In this document: one piece after another, positions 8,658-19,316 of the stretch
How the letters are laid out: the number at the start of each line of letters is the position of its first letter
Position numbering within the stretch: the first letter of the stretch is position 1
Assembly: GCA_016926735.1 (NCBI GenBank)
Contig: JAFGOA010000066.1
Span: 1-64,000, forward strand
Length of the DNA stretch: 64,000 nt
Origin: Promethearchaeota archaeon
Lineage (GTDB): Archaea > Asgardarchaeota > Lokiarchaeia > Sigyniarchaeales > SOKP01
Direction: 5' to 3'
Translations under genes and position numbers: made by a program
Notes under the pieces: generated by a model
What the model saw: the letters and a program-made list of their open reading frames with translations, nothing else
What the model was told of the DNA's origin: nothing
The model's database searches: none

Positions 8658-10553
8658 TTGGAAGAAACTGAAGGAATAATTTTATTGAAATTAGGAGGGA
8701 GTTTATTAACAGAGAAGAATAAACCACTTTCATTGAGAAAAGATGTAATAAAAAATGCAATTCAACAAATAGGAAAAAGTAGTAGAAAAATTATAGTTAT
8801 TCATGGAGGAGGATCATTTGGACATCCTCTTGCAAAGAAATATGATATATCTCAGGGATTAAACAATTCTATTAAAAATCAAATAGTAGGTCTTGCAGAA
8901 ACTCATGACACAATGAATAAATTAAACTCTTATATCGTAAGAGAATTTTTAAATCAATCAATTCCAGCTATTTCTATTCAATCCTCAAGTATTTTTTTGA
9001 AAAAATCTCAAAATTATATATTAAAAACCATCGATATAATCGAGACCTATCTTAAATTAGGTCTTATTCCTGTATTGTATGGAGATATAATTCTTGAAAA
9101 AAGTGGAAATTTTTCAATACTCTCAGGAGATCAAATTATCTTAGAATTGTGTAATCATTTAGATAAATTTAGAGTAGAAAAGGTCATTTTTGCAACAGAA
9201 ATTGATGGAGTTTATGTTGAGGATAAAAATAATAGAGATGATTCAATATTAGCTTCCAATATTAACTATAAAGATATAGATAATATTAAATTAGCTAATC
9301 TTGGACAGAAAATAGATGTTACTGGTGGAATGAAGGGAAAACTTGAATCTATAAAAAAAATATGTGAATTGGATATTCCTGTTCAAATTATAAATGGATT
9401 AAAACAAGATTATATCCTTAAGGCAATAAAATCTGAAAAAGTAATTGGCACATATATCAGTGTCGATGATTCATATAGAAAATTAGATATAAGTAAAAGA
9501 AAAATCGAACATTTGAAAATACCCATTGATTATAATGTACAAAATAAAAAAAATTATTTTGATGATATAGAATTAATTTACCATGCTTTTCCTCAATATA
9601 ATTTTAATGATATTGATTTATCTGCAAATTTTTTTGGAAAAGAAATTTCAGCTCCAATATGTATTGCAGCAATAACTGGTGGACATTCTATTTCATATAA
9701 AATTAACAAAATCCTAGCTAGTGCTGCTGAAAATCAGAAAATTATAATGAGTGTAGGAAGTCAACGCGCAGGATTATTAGATTCAGAACTTTCAAAGTCA
9801 TTTAGTATTGTCCGAGAAGTTGCTCCTAATATACCGATTATTGGCAATTTAGGAATAGGTCAATTGAGTAAACCTGATTTTAACATTAATGATTTTATAG
9901 ATTGTATTGAGATGATTAACGCAGATGTCATGGCGATTCATTTTAATGCTTTACACGAATTATTTCAAGAAAAAGGAGATAAAACATACAGTAATTTAAT
10001 TGAAAATTTTAAAGAACTAAAAAAAATAACAAAGATCCCAATAATTGCAAAAGAAGTTGGAGCAGGATTTAATCAAGAAGTTGCTCAAACTTTGAACAAT
10101 ATGGGTTTTGATGGATTTGATGTAGGAGGAATAGGAGGTACAAGTTTTGCTGCTATTGAATCATATAGAAATAAAAATCTTAATGAATTATACACAAGGA
10201 ATCCGTCAAAATTATTTAGAGATTGGGGGATTCCAACTCCAGTAAGTATAAGTTATGTGCGAAATATAACTCAAAAACCAATTATTTCTACAGGAGGACT
10301 TAGAAATGGGATCGATATTGCTAAATCTATTGTTTTAGGAGCAAATATTGCAGGATTTGCTTATAAATTTCTATTAACATCTTGGAAAGATCTTCAGACT
10401 AACTCAAATTCAAATTCAATTAAAGAAATAAAAACATTAAAAAATGAATTACAATCATGCCTTTGGTTAATGAATGCATCTAATGTAGAAGAAATTTTTA
10501 TGAATAAAAAGAAGCTTATTATTTTAGGGGAATTAAACAAATGGTTTTCTTAA
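8658..10553 (+). CDS. fni: Fused isopentenyl phosphate kinase + type 2 isopentenyl-diphosphate isomerase
   Basis: N-half has AAK-fold IPK motifs LKLGGS, HGGGSFGH, SGD, DVTGGM; C-half has IDI-2 motifs RKIEHL, AITGG, GSQR, KEVG, GGIGGT, WGIPT, TGGLRNG. Confidence 0.9.
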   Translation: MEETEGIILLKLGGSLLTEKNKPLSLRKDVIKNAIQQIGKSSRKIIVIHGGGSFGHPLAKKYDISQGLNNSIKNQIVGLAETHDTMNKLNSYIVREFLNQSIPAISIQSSSIFLKKSQNYILKTIDIIETYLKLGLIPVLYGDIILEKSGNFSILSGDQIILELCNHLDKFRVEKVIFATEIDGVYVEDKNNRDDSILASNINYKDIDNIKLANLGQKIDVTGGMKGKLESIKKICELDIPVQIINGLKQDYILKAIKSEKVIGTYISVDDSYRKLDISKRKIEHLKIPIDYNVQNKKNYFDDIELIYHAFPQYNFNDIDLSANFFGKEISAPICIAAITGGHSISYKINKILASAAENQKIIMSVGSQRAGLLDSELSKSFSIVREVAPNIPIIGNLGIGQLSKPDFNINDFIDCIEMINADVMAIHFNALHELFQEKGDKTYSNLIENFKELKKITKIPIIAKEVGAGFNQEVAQTLNNMGFDGFDVGGIGGTSFAAIESYRNKNLNELYTRNPSKLFRDWGIPTPVSISYVRNITQKPIISTGGLRNGIDIAKSIVLGANIAGFAYKFLLTSWKDLQTNSNSNSIKEIKTLKNELQSCLWLMNASNVEEIFMNKKKLIILGELNKWFS

Positions 10554-10571
10554 AACTATCCTTTTTAATTA

Positions 10572-11123
10572 CTAAATTGTGCCCCATCTTTTTATATCAT
10601 TATCAATATTAAGTAAATCTAAGATTCTCCCTGCTGTTTGTTTTGTCAATTCATCAACATTTTTAGGTTTAATATAGTAAGAAGGAATTGGAGGTGCAAT
10701 TATTACCCCTAATTTTGCTAATTGAATCATATTTTTCAAATGGATAACACTAAATGGACTTTCTCTGACTGATAATATCAAAGGTCTTTTTTCTTTTATT
10801 GCAACATCAGCTGCTCTAGTTATAAGATTATTTGCATAACCATGAGCGATACTTGCTAAGGTCTTCATAGAACAAGGTATAATAATCATTGCTTTAAACT
10901 TATGGGAACCACTTGCTGGAGGAGCTGATAATTGATCGTCATCATAACTATAAGTAGCTAATTTTTTTATTTCAGAGATATTACAATTAGTTTCTAATGT
11001 GATTACTTCCTCTGCTGTCTTTGATATTATTAGTTCTGTCTGAATTTTCTTTTCTTTTAAGGTATTCAAAATTTCTATCGCTAATGTTATTCCTGTTGCT
11101 CCAGTTATAGCTATAACTATCAT
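10572..11123 (-). CDS. ubiX: UbiX flavin prenyltransferase
   Basis: IVIAITGATG, PASGS, IPCSMKTLA, NLITRAADV, RESP motifs; likely ATG at 11123. Confidence 0.92.
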   Translation of the reverse strand: MIVIAITGATGITLAIEILNTLKEKKIQTELIISKTAEEVITLETNCNISEIKKLATYSYDDDQLSAPPASGSHKFKAMIIIPCSMKTLASIAHGYANNLITRAADVAIKEKRPLILSVRESPFSVIHLKNMIQLAKLGVIIAPPIPSYYIKPKNVDELTKQTAGRILDLLNIDNDIKRWGTI

Positions 11124-11385
11124 TTTTATTATTATAAAAATATCTTTTTTTATAGAATTCAAAGAATAATAATTATTATAATATATCTTTTATATTTTTA
11201 TTAAGGATCAAATAAATCTATAGATATAATTAATAAATAGTTATTAGTCTTATGTTATAGCTTTATATATGATAAAATTTTATGAAAACATAGGATAATT
11301 TAATTAAATATATTGATTATCATTTAGATAACAGCGAAAAGATTATTAATTCTATGCAAAATAAATTCTTATAAAATGGATTAAA

Positions 11386-12126
11386 ATGAGTGTTGATTGG
11401 AGTAAAGCGGAAAAAAATCCAGAAGCAAAACAAAAAATCTCAGGAAGATTTATGTTGGATATTAGAACTAAAGTAAACGAGCTTGAGAAAGAAGTAACAG
11501 GATTTAAGCAGAGCATGAAGCAAAAATCAGATTTTCTAAAAGAATCTCTTGAACAATTAAAGAAAAAAGAGGTTATTATAAATGAACAGAATAAAATTAT
11601 TGAAAATAGGAACAAAACAATTCGTGAATTAGAAGTTGAGATACAAAAAAATTTACAAGAAATAACTGCACAAAATGCAAAAATAATGACCCTAGATGAT
11701 AAAGTTATTTCTTTAGAACAAGAGCAATCTAAACTTAATATTAATATTCAAGACTTAGAAAAATTAAAAGAAGATCTAACCAATAAAATATTAATATTAG
11801 AATCTAATTTAGAAAAATCAGAGTCTGTAGTAAATAATTTAAATCGAGAAATAATAGATTTAAAAGCAAATTACTCAGAAAAAACAAATCAGATTGATGA
11901 ATATAATAAAAATATTAAGCAAAATAATGATAAAATAGCTCAATTAAAAGCCATTATAGAAAAAAATGAGAAAGAATTGGAGAATCTAATAAATAACCAA
12001 GAAAAAGGGAACAATAATCTAAATGTAATTTTAGATCAAATTAAAGAAATAATGGAACATAAAGGTTTTCTTTCCGATAAGGAATTAGAAAAACTGTTAA
12101 AAGAAGAGAATCCAATCATTTTTTAA
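11386..12126 (+). CDS. Long coiled-coil protein of unknown function
   Basis: E/K/N-rich heptad pattern over about 200 aa with short non-coil termini. Confidence 0.7.
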   Translation: MSVDWSKAEKNPEAKQKISGRFMLDIRTKVNELEKEVTGFKQSMKQKSDFLKESLEQLKKKEVIINEQNKIIENRNKTIRELEVEIQKNLQEITAQNAKIMTLDDKVISLEQEQSKLNINIQDLEKLKEDLTNKILILESNLEKSESVVNNLNREIIDLKANYSEKTNQIDEYNKNIKQNNDKIAQLKAIIEKNEKELENLINNQEKGNNNLNVILDQIKEIMEHKGFLSDKELEKLLKEENPIIF

Positions 12127-12322
12127 ATCCTTAATGTATAAGCATTAAATATAAAAAAAAAGTATTAATATCTTTAAGAAATATAATGAAAAATGGTTCT
12201 TGGTTCTATATCATTTTAAAATCATATTTTTCTATTTATTCAATATTAAAATAAACCAATAGAAAAACTGATATTTTAATAAATAATTATTTAAAATAAT
12301 TACAAAATAATCTTTAATTAAA

Positions 12323-12592
12323 ATGAAAGCAATAGTTTCAGTAGTAGGTTTGGATAAACCAGGAATTGTAGCTACAGTATCTACCACTTTAGCGAATTAT
12401 AATATAAATATAATTGATATTACCCAATCATATGCTCATGATTTCTTTACTATGCTTTTAATTGTAGATTTTGAGAAAAGTAATATTACTTTAAAAGAAA
12501 TTTCGGAAAAATTAAAGGAAGCAGGAGATAAAATTGGGGTTTTTGTCACAATACAACATGAAGACGTTTTTCGCGCTATGCATCGTATTTAA
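12323..12592 (+). CDS. ACT domain protein (UPF0237)
   Basis: KAIVSVVGLDKPGIVA, NINIIDITQ, QHEDVFRAMHRI; precedes DUF711 as usual. Confidence 0.9.
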   Translation: MKAIVSVVGLDKPGIVATVSTTLANYNINIIDITQSYAHDFFTMLLIVDFEKSNITLKEISEKLKEAGDKIGVFVTIQHEDVFRAMHRI

Positions 12593-12608
12593 GGAGGGGA
12601 AAATCTAA

Positions 12609-14069
12609 ATGGAATCCTATACATCAACAGAAATCTTGGAAACGAAAAGAATGATCGAGGAACAAGGATTAGATGTGCGAACAATAACAATGGGTATTAA
12701 TTTATTAGACTGCGTAAATCCTTCTTTAGATAAAATGAAAACTAATATTGAATCAAAAATATTTTCCTTGGCAAAAAATCTATCTAGGGTAGCAACTTCA
12801 ATAGAAGAAGATTATGGAATTCCAATTATTAATAGAAGAATAACAACAACACCAATATCATTATTACTAGGAGCTTTGAAAATAGTTCAAGAAATCCCAT
12901 TAGAAGATATTCAATCTTATAATGATCCTCTCTTTCAAAAATACAATATAAAAGATCTTAAAATAAGTCATGAAGCTATAACTTCTTGTATAGAAATTGC
13001 GCAATGTTTAGATAACATTTCAGAAAAAGTTAAAGTTGATTTTATTGGAGGTTTTTCAGCACTCGTCCATAAAGGTTTTACAAGAGCTGATTTATGCTTA
13101 ATCCAGAGTTTACCAAAAGTATTATCTATCACGGAAAGAGTATGTAGTTCAGTTAATTTAGCTACCACTCGATCAGGAATGAATATGAATGCTGTAAAAA
13201 TAATGGGAAATATAATTCATCAAATAGCAATGAATACTAAGGAGAGAAATTCTATTGGATGTGCGAAATTAGTAGTTTTTGCTAATGCTGTAGAAGATAA
13301 TCCTTTTATGGCTGGTGGTTTTCATGGAATTGGAGAATCTGAATGTTGTATAAATGTAGGGATTTCAGGACCCGGAGTAATAAGAAGTGTAATTAAGGAT
13401 CAAAAAAAAGCAGATTTTGAAACTCTAGCTGAAATTATTAAAAAAACTTCATTTAAAATTACTAGAATGGGGCAATTAGTTGCGCAAGAAGCAGCAAAAA
13501 GATTGAATATACCTTTTGGGATTGTTGATGTCTCATTAGCCCCAACAGATAGACCATATGATAGTGTGGCAGGAATACTTGAGGAAATGGGTATCCAAAT
13601 TACTGGAGGACCAGGTACTACAGCTGCATTAGCATTATTAACAGATGCTGTTAAAAAAGGAGGATTAATGGCTTCCTCTTATGTGGGAGGTTTATCAGGA
13701 GCATTTATTCCCGTAAGTGAAGATAAATTTATGACAGAAGCAGCTAAAAAAAAAATATTGACAATAGAAAAACTTGAAGCAATGACATCAGTATGTTCTG
13801 TTGGTTTAGATATGATATGTATTCCAGGTTCTACCCCACCTTCAACTATCTCTGGTATAATAGCTGATGAAGCAGCAATTGGAATGATTAATAACAAAAC
13901 TATAGGAATAAGATTAATACCTGTAATAGGAAAACAAGTAGATGAAATAGTAGAATTTGGAGGATTACTTGGTAAATCAATAATAATGCCTGTAAAGAAT
14001 ACTTCTTGCGAGATATTTATAAACAGACAAGGAAGATTACCAGCACCTGTTCATTCACAAAAAAATTAA
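12609..14069 (+). CDS. DUF711/UPF0210 (PFL-like) protein
   Basis: LDVRTITMGI, EDNPFMAG, GGLSGAFIPVSED, VCSVGLDM, GRLPAPVHS motifs. Confidence 0.92.
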   Translation: MESYTSTEILETKRMIEEQGLDVRTITMGINLLDCVNPSLDKMKTNIESKIFSLAKNLSRVATSIEEDYGIPIINRRITTTPISLLLGALKIVQEIPLEDIQSYNDPLFQKYNIKDLKISHEAITSCIEIAQCLDNISEKVKVDFIGGFSALVHKGFTRADLCLIQSLPKVLSITERVCSSVNLATTRSGMNMNAVKIMGNIIHQIAMNTKERNSIGCAKLVVFANAVEDNPFMAGGFHGIGESECCINVGISGPGVIRSVIKDQKKADFETLAEIIKKTSFKITRMGQLVAQEAAKRLNIPFGIVDVSLAPTDRPYDSVAGILEEMGIQITGGPGTTAALALLTDAVKKGGLMASSYVGGLSGAFIPVSEDKFMTEAAKKKILTIEKLEAMTSVCSVGLDMICIPGSTPPSTISGIIADEAAIGMINNKTIGIRLIPVIGKQVDEIVEFGGLLGKSIIMPVKNTSCEIFINRQGRLPAPVHSQKN

Positions 14070-14313
14070 AATTATTATCTTTAATCTTAAATTATCCTAA
14101 AGATATCTTATATATGATAAAAAAAAAATATCGTTTCAATAAATTGATATTCATTTTTATTTTATTCAATTTTATTTGTAATATAATTTAATTAGAAAGG
14201 TTTTTTATTCATTTTTAAGCAATTTTCTGAATTAAAAAAGTATAAATAAAAACAAAACTAATACTATAAAATAACAAAAAACTAACAAAAATAAAAAAAT
14301 AAGTGATATATAA

Positions 14314-14505
14314 ATGGATTTACTAGCAGGATGGATGACGATTCTTATCGTCTTAGTTGTTGTATGGTTTGTTGTTGCTCTGTTAATAGCAATATGGGTT
14401 TATAAAGATGCTAAAAGCAGAGATATGAATGCTGCTGTCTGGTTATTAATTGTCTTATTAACTGGTTGTATTGGTTGCATTATATATCTGGTTGTGAGAG
14501 ATTAG
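14314..14505 (+). CDS. Small two-TM membrane protein (PLDc_N-like)
   Basis: IWVYKDAKSRDMNAAVWLLIVLL..IIYLVVR pattern; GTGAT RBS; poly-T terminator. Confidence 0.75.
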   Translation: MDLLAGWMTILIVLVVVWFVVALLIAIWVYKDAKSRDMNAAVWLLIVLLTGCIGCIIYLVVRD

Positions 14506-14571
14506 TATCATCACTACTTTTTTTTTTTTTCTTTCTTATTTTCATTTTAGTAAAATTTTATATGAGTTAGA

Positions 14572-14760
14572 TTGAAATCAGTATTTGAAGGTATTATTAA
14601 AAGTTGTACAAAATCATCTTAAGAAAATACAGCTTGTCATTTAGTTAATAAGAATAATATAAATCTTTATTGTTTTAATCAAAAGAATTTTAATATAGGC
14701 GAAATTTCTGATAAACTAATAATAATGAATATTCGATTTGATATACAAAAATTTGAGTAG
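14572..14760 (+). pseudogene. Degenerate third copy of the 14965/15749 paralog family
   Basis: Translates as LKSVFEGIIKSCTKSS*ENTACHLVNKNNINLYCFNQKNFNIGEISDKLII, which aligns with LIIKLEGTIKEFTKTESGNTAFYMIDKYGNTHYCFLTNSYRIGNPSDEIII; internal TAA at 14620. Confidence 0.65.
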
Positions 14761-14964
14761 TTTTTTAAGAAGGTTTACGTCAATAAAGAATTTATAATTT
14801 TCTTGAATAACTCGTGAAAATTTTAATATAAAAAAGATAAGGGAATTGTTTTTAGATAGATTTTAAAAATATTAAAAATTCAGCAAGAATAACATATATT
14901 ATCATTTTAAAAAAAATAAATATTTAAAAATTCTATAATTAATCATAATAATCCAATAAGAAAG

Positions 14965-15675
14965 GTGATAAAATTAATAATTAAATTAGAGGGGACTATT
15001 AAGGAATTTACAAAAACAGAATCAGGTAATACAGCTTTTTATATGATAGATAAATACGGAAATACTCACTATTGTTTTTTAACAAATAGTTATCGAATAG
15101 GAAACCCTTCAGATGAAATTATAATTATAGGGGTAAGTAGCAAATATAAAGATAAAATCAGAGTAGAATTTGCAGAAAATATTACAAACTATCAAAGATA
15201 TGAAAAAAAAAGAAAATCAAGTTCTATTTATTGGTTGTCAATTTTCCTAATATTAATCTCAATTGCAATTCTAGCATATTCAATATATTATCTAATTACT
15301 GGTGATTTTGGTGATCTTACTGATGAAGAAAATGTAGAAGGAATAACAAATTTGGCTTTTGGAATTGTATGTTTAGTACTAGCTCTAACACTCATAATCA
15401 CGCTAATTCCTCTGTTATATGTTCAGAAAAAAACTCTTAATTTTCAAAATGATGTCGACAAGTTTATAAGAACCGACGGTAAAGGATTTTCTGCTGATGA
15501 GTTTATTCCTTATAAGAATATTTCATCAAATATAAAGGCTAAAGAAATAAATATTAATGATTTTATTCCCTCGGAGAATTTAACTACCACTTCAAATGCA
15601 AAATATTGTTCTAATTGTGGAGAAAAATTACCCCAGAATATCAAATTCTGTCCCGAATGTGGAAGTAGACTTTAA
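14965..15675 (+). CDS. Membrane protein: N-terminal beta domain, 2 TM, C-terminal zinc ribbon
   Basis: Two hydrophobic helices; C-terminal CSNCG..FCPECG. Confidence 0.75.
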   Translation: MIKLIIKLEGTIKEFTKTESGNTAFYMIDKYGNTHYCFLTNSYRIGNPSDEIIIIGVSSKYKDKIRVEFAENITNYQRYEKKRKSSSIYWLSIFLILISIAILAYSIYYLITGDFGDLTDEENVEGITNLAFGIVCLVLALTLIITLIPLLYVQKKTLNFQNDVDKFIRTDGKGFSADEFIPYKNISSNIKAKEININDFIPSENLTTTSNAKYCSNCGEKLPQNIKFCPECGSRL

Positions 15676-15748
15676 AAATATTTTATATTTAAAAAAACAA
15701 GAAAAAAATTATTAAATATCTTGATTTTTTTTATAAGTAATAACAAAG

Positions 15749-16201
15749 GTGATAAAAATATTAACAAATATAGTTGGTAAAATCAGTTATTTTCCTAAAA
15801 ATTACTCAGGAAATATAGCATTTCAAGTATTAGATCAATATGGTCAAGATCATTATTGTTTTTTAACAAGAAGAGCTCCTGTAGGAAATTTATCAGATGA
15901 ACTTAATATTATTGGAACAATAACAAGAGCCAATAAAATTAGAGTACATTATCTTGAAAATATTACAAAGAGAAAAACACTATTTATAAGTACAACTTCA
16001 AATAGAAATTTAAGTGAATTTATTCAATTACATAGACAACTTGATTCAAATGGAAATTTATTAGTTCCTCAAGAAGCAATTCAAGTTAAACAGAACGAAG
16101 ATAATAAAGAAGAACAAAAACCTAGTTTTTGTTCTGAGTGCGGTTCAAAATTAACAACAGAAATGAAATTTTGTTCTTTTTGTGGTAATAAGATCGAATA
16201 A
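15749..16201 (+). CDS. Soluble paralog of the preceding gene with C-terminal zinc ribbon
   Basis: Shares SGNxAF..D.YG..HYCFLT..GNxSDE..KIRV..ENIT; FCSECG..FCSFCG; lacks the TM segment. Confidence 0.75.
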   Translation: MIKILTNIVGKISYFPKNYSGNIAFQVLDQYGQDHYCFLTRRAPVGNLSDELNIIGTITRANKIRVHYLENITKRKTLFISTTSNRNLSEFIQLHRQLDSNGNLLVPQEAIQVKQNEDNKEEQKPSFCSECGSKLTTEMKFCSFCGNKIE

Positions 16202-16354
16202 TATATTTTTCTAATTATCTTACAATAAATCAATAATCTTTTATTTAATTCTTGAATAAATTGAATAAGGTAAATTAAATGATATTAAAAACAACTGGTT
16301 AACGCTTAATTTCCATCTATAAATAATTATAAATTTTTACAATCAAATGTTAAA

Positions 16355-16936
16355 GTGAGAATTATTTTAAAAAAAATAAAAAGAATAAAACTATTTTTTT
16401 CAGATATAAAACCAATACTTCTTTCTCACCATCCAAAATGTGACCATTTCTACAAACATGTATATCATATTGGAAGTAAATGGTTTTGTATAGGTTGTTT
16501 TACCTATTATCCAACAATAATAATTACAATTATTGTATCTCTCCTAATATTTAATTTTGATATGACTACAATAACAATTCTTTTTTCAAGTTCTTTTATT
16601 TTCGCATTACCCGTTTTTCTAAACGTATTTAATTTAACAAAGAGTAAATTTCTAAAGATAATATCAAAGATTTCATTGGGTATAGGTACTGGATTATTAA
16701 TTATTTCAACATTTGAAATGGAATTTTTACCTCTAATTCTTAAAATATTAGTATTAGTTCAAGTTAATTTTATGGCTGGAGCAATAGGATACATAAGAAC
16801 TAACGGAATTATAAAAGAATGTCAAGCTTGTGAATATAAAAAGGATTGGAAAAATTGCCCGGGTATGAGTGAAATAATAAAAAAATTATATGCTCATGGA
16901 TTTAAAATTGAAAAAAAAAGAAAGAATGATAATTAG
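16355..16936 (+). CDS. Membrane protein with Cys/His metal-binding motifs (DUF2085-like)
   Basis: LSHHPKC..H..FCIGC, about 4 TM helices, CQACEY..CPG. Confidence 0.65.
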   Translation: MRIILKKIKRIKLFFSDIKPILLSHHPKCDHFYKHVYHIGSKWFCIGCFTYYPTIIITIIVSLLIFNFDMTTITILFSSSFIFALPVFLNVFNLTKSKFLKIISKISLGIGTGLLIISTFEMEFLPLILKILVLVQVNFMAGAIGYIRTNGIIKECQACEYKKDWKNCPGMSEIIKKLYAHGFKIEKKRKNDN

Positions 16937-16961
16937 AATAAACATCTAATTCTAAAAATGT

Positions 16962-18029
16962 CTAATATTCTCTTTCATAGACAAAATTTAATAGATCTTC
17001 AAAAACTTCAAATTCTTCTTTATTGATCGATGATTTCAAATCCTCTAATGATTCCATAGCTTCTTTATAAAAATTATTAGCAATTGTTTTACATGACGTT
17101 AAGACATCTGCTTCCTTATATAATTCTCTAACTCTATTTACATTGTCATCATTCATATTTGGATTCTCAAATATCTCAATTAATTCTTTTTTTTTATTTT
17201 CATCTAATTTATTCAATGCTTCAATTAATAAGCAAGTCTTTTTGCCTTCCTTAATATCGCTATCTGCTGGTTTTCCTGTTTTTGCTTCATCTCCAAATGT
17301 TCCTAAAATATCATCTTTTATTTGAAATATAATTCCTAGATCCATTCCATAAACTCCGATTTTTTTTTTATCCTCAGTACTTGCATTAGCATATGTTGCT
17401 CCAATTAGAATAGATTTTTCAATTAAAGCACCTGTCTTTAGAGAAATCATCTCAATATATTCATCCATAGTTATATCTCTCTGATTTACCATATCAATTT
17501 CTATCAGAACTCCATTAGCAATTTCAATAAATGCTTGCTTATATAAGAAAAGAGCTATGAGATTAATACTAACATCAAAATCATTTGACAAATATGGCTC
17601 CATACCGATAAAATAAGCAGAATCGCCTCCAATAATTCCCATTGAGGTTCCAAATTCAAATGTTTGCATTCTTTTTAAGTTATATTGTTTATGATACTGT
17701 TGATAGCGATAATGAAAAGTAGGTTCCCCTCTCCTAAAATTATCATTATCTATTATATCATCATGAATAAGGGAAGCATTATGTAAAAATTCTGTACCTA
17801 CACATGTTCTTAAAATTCTATCATCTTTATTTTTTGAAAAAGCATTATATGCAGCAATACATAAAAGAGGTCTTATTCTTTTTCCACCGGCTAAAAAATA
17901 CTCTTTTAATTTAGTATAATATTTTTTCAAGAAATTATTTTCTACTGATTTTATTTTATCTTCATAAAATGAGCCAATTACATTATTTATTTTTGATATA
18001 TAAATCTTAGAATATTCCAAAAATTTCAT
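16962..18029 (-). CDS. idsA: Polyprenyl (probably geranylgeranyl) diphosphate synthase
   Basis: GGKRIRP, LIHDDIIDNDNFRRG (FARM), LKTG, FQIKDDIL (SARM), SDIKEGKKT. Confidence 0.88.
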   Translation of the reverse strand: MKFLEYSKIYISKINNVIGSFYEDKIKSVENNFLKKYYTKLKEYFLAGGKRIRPLLCIAAYNAFSKNKDDRILRTCVGTEFLHNASLIHDDIIDNDNFRRGEPTFHYRYQQYHKQYNLKRMQTFEFGTSMGIIGGDSAYFIGMEPYLSNDFDVSINLIALFLYKQAFIEIANGVLIEIDMVNQRDITMDEYIEMISLKTGALIEKSILIGATYANASTEDKKKIGVYGMDLGIIFQIKDDILGTFGDEAKTGKPADSDIKEGKKTCLLIEALNKLDENKKKELIEIFENPNMNDDNVNRVRELYKEADVLTSCKTIANNFYKEAMESLEDLKSSINKEEFEVFEDLLNFVYEREY

Positions 18030-18135
18030 TTTTTATCATATATCTATTCAAATTAATAGATTTTCTAATTATTAATAAGAATTAAATTTTTCGAGTATGT
18101 CTGAATTTTAATGTTATGGAAATAAGATAAAATAA

Positions 18136-19101
18136 TCATATTTCAGAATTATTTGGCAATAATGCTTTAAGCAAATTTCTATCCCATAACTTAGTTTTTA
18201 AATTATAAATCCCAAAATCTTCATCACAAAAATTCCAATATATCCAAATGATATTTCTCTTTTCTGCTTCTTCTCTAATGAATTTTGTCCACCTAACTCT
18301 CGAATTATAATCTGCTTTTGAAATTACTCCAAATTCCCCTAAGAAAAGGTGAATATTATTTTTATTAGCCCAATCTAAAGCAAAATCTAAAGCTATATTG
18401 ATTGTTAACCTTTCTTGGGTTGTTCCGTGCCATTTTGTACCCAACCATCTATCACTATTTAGTTCCCAATTTGCTCCTTGATGTGTAAATTCAAAAGGAT
18501 CATAAAAATGAAAAGTAACTAAAATATTAGCATCATTTTTCGGTACTTCTAACATATTTAAATGCCTTAATTTATTAAAAAATACAGGACCGTATATCAG
18601 CGTTCTTTTAGGATTAGTTTTTCTTATAATAGGAATAATTTTATCAATAAATTGATTCCATAGATATGGATTTCTATCAAAAGCATTACAAGGTTCATTT
18701 AAAATTTCAAAAAATAGATTATTTGGATAATTTTGATATCTTGTAGATATTTGTTCCCATAGCGATAGAAGCCTCTCTTTATGAATTTCAGGAGAGTTCA
18801 TAATCTCTTTATAGTGATGAATATCGATGATTACTATTAACTCTTTTGATAAGGCATTTTGAATTATTTCATCTATTCTTTCAAAAAAAGAGGGATTAAT
18901 TGTATATGGTGAATTAATATCTGCATGGGCAGACCAGCGTATAGGAATTCTAACTAAGTTAAATCCAACATTTTTTACAAGGTCGAAGAAATAGTTTTGA
19001 AATGTTATTCCCCACTCTCCTTCATTTGGAGCGTCTAACATATTTCCCAAGTTAATTCCACGTAAGTTATGTAAAAATTCTTTATCATTATTTGAGTTCA
19101 T
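18136..19101 (-). CDS. Cytoplasmic GH5 endoglucanase (Thermotoga Cel5A-like)
   Basis: RGINLGNMLDAPNEGEWG, RIPIRWS, DIHHY, EILNEP, FHFYDPFEFTHQGA, LGEFG; likely ATG 19101, no signal peptide. Confidence 0.88.
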   Translation of the reverse strand: MNSNNDKEFLHNLRGINLGNMLDAPNEGEWGITFQNYFFDLVKNVGFNLVRIPIRWSAHADINSPYTINPSFFERIDEIIQNALSKELIVIIDIHHYKEIMNSPEIHKERLLSLWEQISTRYQNYPNNLFFEILNEPCNAFDRNPYLWNQFIDKIIPIIRKTNPKRTLIYGPVFFNKLRHLNMLEVPKNDANILVTFHFYDPFEFTHQGANWELNSDRWLGTKWHGTTQERLTINIALDFALDWANKNNIHLFLGEFGVISKADYNSRVRWTKFIREEAEKRNIIWIYWNFCDEDFGIYNLKTKLWDRNLLKALLPNNSEI

Positions 19102-19316
19102 ATTATAAATAATGAAAGGAGAAAAAAAAGGATAGATATATTTTTTTTTGTTGGTTTTACTTTTTTTTTTAATATTATTTATATGTATATTCAAAGGTTT
19201 TTTTTAAAGGCCTTTTTAATCTTAATTATTCTGTTAAATATAACATCAGACTTTTTCTCTTTATTAAAAAGAATAATCTTTTTATTAAACAAGAAATCCT
19301 CTTTCAAAATAAAATT

